Assembly: GCA_963716255.1 (NCBI GenBank)
Contig: OY970303.1
Span: 7,584,001-7,648,000 of the forward strand
From: an uncultured Gemmatimonadales bacterium
GTDB taxonomy: Bacteria > Gemmatimonadota > Gemmatimonadetes > Longimicrobiales > Longimicrobiaceae
Reading direction: 5' to 3'
DNA length: 64,000 nucleotides
Each line of letters starts with the position of its first letter. The stretch's first letter is position 1. The notes beneath the pieces were generated by a model. That model was not told the origin of the DNA and made no database searches. It saw only the letters and a program-made list of their open reading frames with translations. Made by a program: the position numbers and the translations under genes. Of the stretch, positions 31,839 through 42,100 are shown piece by piece.

Positions 31839-32043
31839 TTTGGTCTGTCTTCGGTGGGCATCGCCCACCGTATGGTTGTTTGAAAATCGAGGTTTGGATG
31901 TCTGTGTGGGCCTCGCTCGGGAGCACACCTTCTCCCGGGCTGGTGCAGCGCGCTTCGGCGCGTGAGCACGAGAGGTCGTCAAAGGCGAAAATTCCGAACG
32001 GAACGATTGCGTTCTGTTCAACGGAGCTATATCGAAATCTCTA

Positions 32044-33594
<1,551 letters not shown>

Positions 33595-33670
33595 AGAGAA
33601 GCCGAGTAAGTCCTTCGGGGCAGAAAGGCACTCGCAAGTCGACCCCACAGACATCCTTTCCTTGGTTTCA

Positions 33671-33744
<74 letters not shown>

Positions 33745-33760
33745 TTTTTATAAGTGATTG

Positions 33761-33793
33761 CCCCAATGCTGCTTACGCGGTGTTGGGGTTTTT
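33761..33793 (+). terminator. Intrinsic terminator directly after tRNA-Ile
   Basis: CCCCAATGCTGC-TTAC-GCGGTGTTGGGG followed by TTTTT. Confidence 0.75.
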
Positions 33794-34267
33794 GCTTCTT
33801 CCAAATTCCTTTTTTTGCTGTCAATTGGTCACTGGCAATTGAGCCCGACTTCACATCAGTCATCCCTCCGGCTACTTGGTTTCTCCAGTGCTGTGAGGGC
33901 ATCCCGCGTCTCCTCCACGCCCACGTCGCCGTAGACCCGGCTCAGCGTCTCGCGGGCGGACGGTCGGCCGCACAGGACGGCGGGCCTGCCTGCTCCCTCG
34001 GGTGTTCCCCTCGCCGGCGAGCCCGTTCTACCTCCTCTGCGTTGCAAGGGATCGTTCCCCTGGACCGTATGGGGCAGGACGGCGCGGCGTGCCGCAAAGC
34101 TCTTTCCAGGGCGGAGAACTACCCTCGTAGTCCTCCTCTGCCTCGTCCAGATCGGGACGGTTCACTCCGCGAGGGGTTGTCCTCCGACAACCTGGCGGAT
34201 AACGTGCCATGGTAGGCCGTGTGCCCGTCCCCCTCTTCCCGTAGCGATCCTCCCTCCGAACCTCGCG

Positions 34268-35704
34268 ATGCCCTCCATGGACGCAGCGATGCCGACCCAC
34301 GAGAAATGGTCGGCAGTGAACCGGGAGTTTCTCCAGTTCGTCCAGGAGAACCCGGAATACCTCGACCGGGCAACCTTCGCCTCCATCCACGAGGACCGGT
34401 CGCTCCGCAAGTTCCCGCTGCAGGGGTGGCCGTTCTTCATCGGGAGCGAGCGGCTGCGCGCGCTCGCGGAGATGGCGCTCGGGGTGGACCGGCTCATCAA
34501 GGGAGCGATCGAGCGCTTCCTGCGCGGCGACGCGGCGCGGGTCCTGGAGTTCTATCGCCCGAACCTGGAGGACGTCAGTCCCGAGGACTTCCTCGCCATC
34601 ATGATCGACGAGGTGGAGCTCCGGATGCTGGTGGGAGAGCCCAGCGGGGTACGGGCGGCGCTTTCCCGCGGCGACTACCTCGAGACCCGGGAGGGGCTGA
34701 AGCTGCTCGAGCTCAACGCGGGCGGGTTCCTGGGTGGGCTCCAGACCCAGGCAATCGGGGAGCTCCACCTCCGGTCTCCCGCCGTGTCGCGCTTCCTGGA
34801 AGAGCGGGGACTCCACGCGAGTACGCCGCGAACGCTGGGAGCCCTCTTCCGGCACTTGGTGGAGGACACCGCCCGGCAGGGCGCGTGGAGGGAGGGGGAG
34901 TTCAACGTGGCGTTCCAGATCTACCCGCACGAGGAGGAATGGAGCGACATGCACCGGGAGGAGGTGTATACCCGCGAGCTGCGCCGGGTGCTGGCGGAGA
35001 GCGGGGCGGCTCCCGGGGGGAGGGTGGTGCTCTGCAGCGCCGAGGACTTCGTGGAGGAGGGGGGCGTCGTCCGCGTGGGGGGAGTGCCGGTGCACGCGGT
35101 CATCGAGATGCACGACGGCTCCGCCGACATGACTGGCCTGCTCGCGCACTTCAAGCACCGCCGCGTCAACCTTTTCAGCGGGCCGATCACCGCCCTCCTC
35201 CTCGACAAGCGGAACCTGGTGCTCGTCTCGGAGCACGCAGGTTCCGCCGAGTTCACCGCCGCCGAGCGGGAGCTGATCGAGAGGCACATTCCCTGGACCC
35301 GGAGGGTACTTCCGTCGAAGACCACCTTCCGCGGCCGCCCGATCCGTCTCCCCGACGACCTGGTGGAGCGACGGGAGGACTTCGTGCTCAAGAAGGCCAA
35401 CTCGCTGGGAGGGAGCTACGTCCACATCGGGAGGTTCCGCTCCGGTGACGAGTGGCGCCGCCTGGTGTCGCGTGCCGTGCACGAGGAGGACTGGGTCGTG
35501 CAGGAATACCTGGAGACGGTCCCGTACTGCTTCCAGAGCGGGGAATCCGGGGCGGCCCGGTTCGACCTGGTATGGGGCCTCTTCGTATTCGGGGACCACT
35601 TCGGGGGGGCGTTCCTGCGGATGCAGCCCACGGAAGGTGGGAGTGGCGTGGTGAACGCCAAGCAGGGGGCCGAGGTCGGCGCCCTGCTGGAGGTTCCCCG
35701 GTGA
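34268..35704 (+). CDS. Circularly permuted ATP-grasp / glutathionylspermidine-synthase-like amide ligase
   Basis: RGDYL..LKLLELN, DKRNL, FVLKKANSLGGSYVHIG, WVVQEY motifs. Confidence 0.75.
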   Translation: MPSMDAAMPTHEKWSAVNREFLQFVQENPEYLDRATFASIHEDRSLRKFPLQGWPFFIGSERLRALAEMALGVDRLIKGAIERFLRGDAARVLEFYRPNLEDVSPEDFLAIMIDEVELRMLVGEPSGVRAALSRGDYLETREGLKLLELNAGGFLGGLQTQAIGELHLRSPAVSRFLEERGLHASTPRTLGALFRHLVEDTARQGAWREGEFNVAFQIYPHEEEWSDMHREEVYTRELRRVLAESGAAPGGRVVLCSAEDFVEEGGVVRVGGVPVHAVIEMHDGSADMTGLLAHFKHRRVNLFSGPITALLLDKRNLVLVSEHAGSAEFTAAERELIERHIPWTRRVLPSKTTFRGRPIRLPDDLVERREDFVLKKANSLGGSYVHIGRFRSGDEWRRLVSRAVHEEDWVVQEYLETVPYCFQSGESGAARFDLVWGLFVFGDHFGGAFLRMQPTEGGSGVVNAKQGAEVGALLEVPR

Positions 35705-35740
35705 GCGGCGTGGGCTGCGGGCGGGCGTGCTTTGTATTCC

Positions 35741-35769
35741 TTGACGGGAAATAACCTTATATGTATTCT
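35741..35769 (+). promoter_or_regulatory. Sigma70-like promoter upstream of NRPS genes
   Basis: TTGACG-17 bp-TATTCT in an AT-rich patch. Confidence 0.6.
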
Positions 35770-36112
35770 CGGGGGCCGGACGCCGGGCCGGCTAACCCCT
35801 GATCGCAGTCGTTGGATGCAGTAGAACCCTCGCCGCGGGGGAGCTCTTCCGGCCTGCGCCGGTTTGCCCCCAGCGGTGAGGCACGCTGGCAGCTTCCTTC
35901 TCCACGCGCTCTTCGGGCGATCGCTGCGCAGCTCGTAAGAAGACAGGAGTTCACGGAGGGCCGCGTTCCAGAGCGCGGATCGTCCGCACGAAGCAGCGCG
36001 AGCCGCGTCGTCGCAACGGAAACCAGAGGGAAAGTTTCTCCCGGTCGCGAGCGTGTGACGTCCCCAGCACGCCATGGGCTCGCGCCATCGCAGCGGTGAA
36101 TTACCGCCTGAA

Positions 36113-39100
36113 ATGGCTACGTCCATGGTCGATCCTGCTCTTCGTCCGGAGGTCTCCCCGGGTGCGTGCCCCATCCATTTCCTGTTCGAGGCCCAGGAGG
36201 CGCGCACTCCGGGCGCGGAGGCCGTGGCGTCCGGGGACGAGGTGCTCACGTACGCCGAGCTGAACCGGCGCGCGAACCGCCTCGCCCACCACCTGCGGGC
36301 GAATGGGGCGGGACCCGAGGAGCGCGTGGGGGTCTGCCTGGATCGGACGCCGGAGCTCATCGTCTCGCTCCTGGCGGTTCTCAAGTCCGGCGCCGCGTAC
36401 GTCCCCCTGGATCCCGCCTACCCGCGCGAGCGGGTGGCGCTCACCCTGCGCGACGCGGGCGCCTCGCTGGTGGTCACCCGGGAGCGTCTCGTCCCCCTCC
36501 TCGACGGGTATGGCGGGGACCTGGTGCGGGTGGACGCCGACCTGGAGGGGATCGCGCAGGAGGCGGAGGAGAACCCCCGCAGCGGGGTGGCGCCGCACAA
36601 CCTGGCGTACCTGATCTACACCTCGGGCTCCACCGGCACGCCCAAGGGGGTGCAGATCGAGCACCGCAGCGCAGCCGCCCTCCTGGATTGGTGCCGCGGC
36701 ACCTGGACCGCGGAGGAGTGCGCGGGGGTGCTCGCCTCCACCTCGGTCTGCTTCGACATGTCGGTGTTCGAGATCTTCCACACCCTCGCTGTGGGTGGGA
36801 AGATCATCCTGGCCGAGAACGCCCTCGCCCTTCCGCACCTCCCCGCCCACGAGCAGGTCACCCTCGTCAACACCGTTCCCGCCGCGGCGGCCGAGCTCCT
36901 GCGCGGCGGGGGGATTCCGCGCTCGGTGCGGGTGGTGAACCTGGGTGGCGAGCCCCTCCGTGGCGCGCTGGCCCGAGGCCTGTACGGCCTGGCGCACGTG
37001 GACAAGGTCTACAACCTCTACGGCCCTTCCGAGGACACCACCTATTCCACCTCGCTCCTGGTCCCGCGCGGCGACGATGGCGAGCCCACCGTGGGCCGGC
37101 CGATCACGGGGACGCGGCTGCACCTCCTGGATGAGGCGCTCGCCCCCGTGCCGGAGGGAGAGGTGGGGGAGGTGTACCTCGCGGGGACGGGGCTCGCCCG
37201 GGACTACCTGGGGCGGCCGGAGCTGACGGCGGAGCGGTTCCTCCCGGACCCGTCCGGGGAGCCCGGGAGCCGGATGTACCGGGTGGGCGACCTGGGCCGC
37301 GTCCTCCCGAACGGGGAGGTGCAGTGCCTGGGGCGGATCGACCACCAGGTGAAGGTCCGCGGCTTCCGCGTGGAGCTGGGCGAGGTCGAGGCCGTGCTGG
37401 AGCGCCACCCCGCGGTGCGGGAGGCGGTGGTCGCGGCCCGGGAGGGTGCGTCCGGGGAGCGGCGCCTGGTGGCGTACGTGGTGCCGGCGGGGGAGGGGGC
37501 CTCCGCGGGCGTCCTGCGCGAGCACCTGAGGGCGCGCCTCCCGGAGTACATGGTCCCTTCCGCGCTCGTTATCCTGGATGCGCTCCCCCTCCTCCCGAAC
37601 GGGAAGGTGGACCGCGGCGATCTCCCGGCTCCCGACCCGGCCCTCTACGCGGCGGGGGCGGAGCACGTCCCGCCCCGCACCCCGGTGGAGGAAGGGCTCG
37701 CGAGGATCTGGAGCGAGGTGCTGGGGGTGGAGCGGGTGGGGGTCCGCGACTCCTTCTTCGACCTGGGCGGCCACTCGCTCGCGCTGATCCGGGTGGGGTC
37801 CCGCGTGAGGGAGGCGTTCGGGGTGGAGGTGCCGGTGGGGACGCTCTTCCGCGCCGCCACCGTCGAGGAGCTGGCCCGCGCGCTGGGGGAGGCCGGTGGC
37901 GCCGGTGTCCTCCCCCTCGTCCGGGTCCCGCGCGGGGAGGACCTCCCCCTGGCGTATTCCCAGGAACGGGTCTGGTTCATCCAGCAGCTCGCCCCCGAGA
38001 ACCTCTCCTACCACTTCCAGCTCTCGCTCTCCTTCCGCGGCCGGCTGGACGTGGGGGCGCTGGAGCGGAGCCTGACGGAGCTGGTCCACCGCCACGAGAT
38101 CCTGCACACGGCCTTCCCCACGGTCCGGGAACGGCCGGTGCAGCGCATCGGCCGCCCGTGGCGGGTGCGCCTCCCCGTGGTGGACCTGGCGTCGCTCCCG
38201 GAGGAGGAGCGTCCCGGGGCGGCGCGCCGGTGGATGGAGGACGAGCTCCGCAGGCGCTTCGACCTCGCCCGCCTCCCGCTCATCCGCTGGAGCCTCCTCC
38301 GGCTGGCCCCAGACCGGCACCTCCTGGTGCACGTGGAGCACCACATCATCCACGACGGGTGGTCGGTGAACGTCCTCCTGGGGGAGCTCGTCGCGCTCTA
38401 TCGCGCCGAGACCTCGGGGGAGGACGCCGGCCTCCCGGAGCTCCCCGTGCAGTTCGCGGACTACGCCGTCTGGCAGCGCGAGTGGATGAAGGGCGAGGAG
38501 GCGCGGGCGCAGCTCGCCTCCTGGAAGGAGCGGCTTGCGGGGAGCCGGCCCGTGCTCGACCTCCCGTTCGACCGGTCCCGCCCGCCCGTGCAGCGCTTCC
38601 GCGGGGCGGCGCCCCGGTTCCGGATCCCCGGTGCGCTGTACCGGCCGCTGCGCGAGCTGGCCCGCGCCGAGGGCGCCACCCTCTTCATGGTGATGCTGGC
38701 CGGCTTCGACGTCCTCCTGGCGCGCTACGCCCGCCAGGACGACCTGAACGTGGGGACGGGGATCGCCACCCGCCGGCACCGCGAGTTGGAGGGGGTGGTG
38801 GGGATGTTCGTGAACTCGGTGGTGCTCCGCTGCGAGCTGGGCGGCGACCCCACCTTCCGGGAGCTCCTGGCCCGCGTCCGCGAGGCGACGCTCGCGGCGT
38901 ACGCGAACCAGGACCTTCCCTTCGACGCGGTGGTGGAGGCGGTCCGCCCGGACCGGCACCCGGGCCGGAACCCGCTCTTCCAGGCGATGTTCAGCTTCCA
39001 CGACTCGGCGGCTCCCGCGCTCCGCCTCCCCGGGCTGGAGACGGAGCTGACGGTGGGGCTGAGCAACGGGTCGGCCAAGTTCGACCTGAACGTCATCGCC

Positions 39101-42100
39101 ATCCCCCACGCCGACCACCCGGCGTACCACGCGCCGGGGGTAGACCCGGAGGCGGTCACGCTGGTCTGGGAGTACGACTCCGACCTGTTCGACGCGGCCA
39201 CGATGGAGCGGATGTTTTCCCACTTCCGCACCGTCCTGGAGAGCGCAGTGGCGGACCCGGACGCGCGCGTCCCGGAGCTGCGGCTCCTGGGGGAGGAGGA
39301 GCGCGGGCAGCTCCTCCGGGCGGGGTCGGCCACCCGGAGCTTCCCCGTGGAGGGGACGCTGCCGCGGGGCGTGGAGGGGTGGGCCGCGCGGACTCCCGGC
39401 GCGGTGGCGGTGCGCTGCGGGGAGGAGGCGCTCACCTACGCGGAGCTGAACGCCCGCGCGAACCGGCTCGCGCACCACCTGCGCCGCCGGGGCGTCGCGG
39501 AGGGGACCCGGGTGGGGGTGGCCCTGGAGCGCTCGCCGGAGATGGTGGTGGCCATCGTGGCGATCCTCAGGGCGGGGGGCGCCTACGTGCCCCTGGACCC
39601 GGCCTACCCCGCCGCGCGGCTGGCCTTCCTGCTGGAGGACGCGGGGGTGCCGGTGCTGGTGACCACGGAGCGGCTGCGCGGGGGACTTCCCCCCTTCACG
39701 GGCGGGGTGGTCTCGCTCGACGGCGACGCCGGCGCCATCGGGATCGAGCCCGCGGCGGACCCCGGGAGCGGCGCGGGTCCGCAGTCCCCGGCGTACGTGA
39801 TCTACACGTCCGGCTCCACGGGAACCCCCAAGGGGGTGGTGGTCACCCACGCCAACGTGCTGCGCCTCTTCGCGGCGACGGAGGCATGGTTCGGCTTCGG
39901 GGCGGAGGACGTGTGGACGCTCTTCCACTCCTACGCCTTCGACTTTTCCGTCTGGGAGATCTGGGGAGCGCTCCTCCACGGCGGACGCCTGGTGGTGGTC
40001 CCCTTCGCGGTGAGCCGGGACCCCGGCGCCTTCCGGGCGCTCCTGGCGCGCGAAGGAGTGACGGTGCTGAGCCAGACCCCTTCGGCGTTCCGTCAGCTCG
40101 TGGAGGCGGACCGGCTCGCGGGGGCGGCGGACGGGGAGCTGGCGCTCCGCACGGTGGTGTTCGGGGGGGAGGCGCTGGAGCCCGCCATGCTGCGTCCCTG
40201 GGTGGAGCGGCACGGCGACGAGCGGCCCCGGCTGGTGAACATGTACGGGATCACCGAGACCACCGTGCACGTGACCGGGCGCGTGATCACCCGCGAGGAC
40301 GTGGAGCGCGGCGCCGGGAGCCCCATCGGCATTCCCATCCCCGACCTCTCGCTCCACCTGCTCGACGACCGCCTGCAGCCGGTGCCGGTGGGGGTGCCGG
40401 GGGAGATCTGCGTGGGAGGCGCGGGCGTGGCGCCGGGATACCTGAACCGCCCGGAGCTGACCGCGCAGCGCTTCGTGCGGGACCCGTTCTCGGCGGAGCC
40501 GGGGGCGCGCCTGTACCGGAGCGGCGACCTGGCGCGGCGCCTCTCCTCGGGGGAGCTGGAGTACCTGGGACGGGCGGACCAGCAGGTGAAGGTGCGCGGC
40601 TTCCGCATCGAGCCGGGGGAGGTCGCGGCCGCGCTGCTGGGCTGCCCCGGGGTGGGCGAGGCGGTGGTGGTGGCGCGGACGGACGCGGGGGAGCCCCGGC
40701 TGGTGGCGTACGTGGTCCCCGCCGCGGGCGGGACCCCGCCGGCGCCGGGCGCGATGCGGGAGCACCTCCAGCGCTCCCTCCCCGAGCACATGGTGCCCGC
40801 CGCCTTCGTGCCGCTCGCGGCGATCCCCCTCACCGCCCACGGGAAGCTGGACCGCGAGGCGCTCCCGGCGCCCGACGGGGCCGCCCTCGGCACCGCGGAG
40901 TACGTGCCGCCCCGCACCCCCGCCGAGCGGGTGCTGGCGGAGGTGTGGCGCCAGGTGCTGGGCGTGGAGCGGGTGGGGATCGACGACAACTACTTCGCCG
41001 TGGGCGGGGACTCCATCCGCAGCGTGCGGATCGTGGCGGAGGCCGGGCGCCGGGGCGTGGGCGTCTCCCTCCCGCAGCTCTTCCGGCACCAGACCGTCCG
41101 CGACCTCGCCGCGGCGGCGGACACGGCGCACGGCTCCGCCCCGGACCGGCCGCGGAGCGCGCCCTTCTCGCTGGTCCCGGAGGAGGTCCGCCGCGGGCTC
41201 CCGGAGGGGGTGGAGGATGCCTATCCCCCGACCCTCCTCCAGCTGGGGATGCTGTACCACTCGGAGCGGCGGCCGGAGTCGACGCTGTACCGCAACGTCA
41301 ACAGCTACCGGGTGGAGACCCGCTTCGACGAGGCGGCCATGCGGGAGGCCGCGGCGCGGCTGGCGGCCCGGCACCCGGTGCTGCGCACCTCCTTCGACCT
41401 CGCCACGTACCCGGAGCCGCTCCAGCTGGTCTGGCGCGCGGCGGCGATCCCCCTGCAGGTGGAGGACCTGCGTCCCCTCTCCGCCGGGGAGCAGGAGCTG
41501 CGCCTGGAGGCGATGGTACGGGAGGAGGCTCACCGCCGCTTCGACTGGACGCGCCCGCCGCTCCTCCGCTTCCGCGCGCACCTGCGCGGCGAGGCATGCT
41601 TCCAGTTCACCTTCTGCGAGCACCACGCCGTCCTCGACGGGTGGAGCGCGGCCTCCATGGTGACGGAGCTGCTCCGCACCTTCCTGGCGCTGCGCGACGG
41701 CAAGCCGGACCCGATGGCGGAGGCGCCGGCGCTGGCGTTCCGGGAGTACGTCGCCCTGGAGCGTGAGGCGGTCGGCTCGGAGGCGCACCGGGAGTTCTGG
41801 ACCCGCCTGGCCGCGGACGGCTCGCCCTCCACGCTCCCCGGGCGGAGCGCGTCGGACGGGGCGGGCGGCGACCCGCGCAGCGTCCACGTGGACGTCCCGC
41901 CGGAGGTCTCCGGGCGGCTGAAGCGCGTGGCGGAGGAGGCGGGCGTCCCGCTGAAGAGCGTCCTCCTGGCCGCGCACCTCCGGGTGCTGGCGCTGGTGAG
42001 CGGGAGCCCGGAGGTCCTCACGGGGGTGGTGGCCAACGGCCGCCCGGAGGCGGAGGACGCGGAGCGCGTCCTCGGCCTGTTCCTCAACACCGTCCCCTTC

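Noticed and set aside
33754..34215. ORF 33754-34215 as an integrase remnant
   Set aside because: Overlaps the terminator, atypical composition, no recombinase motifs
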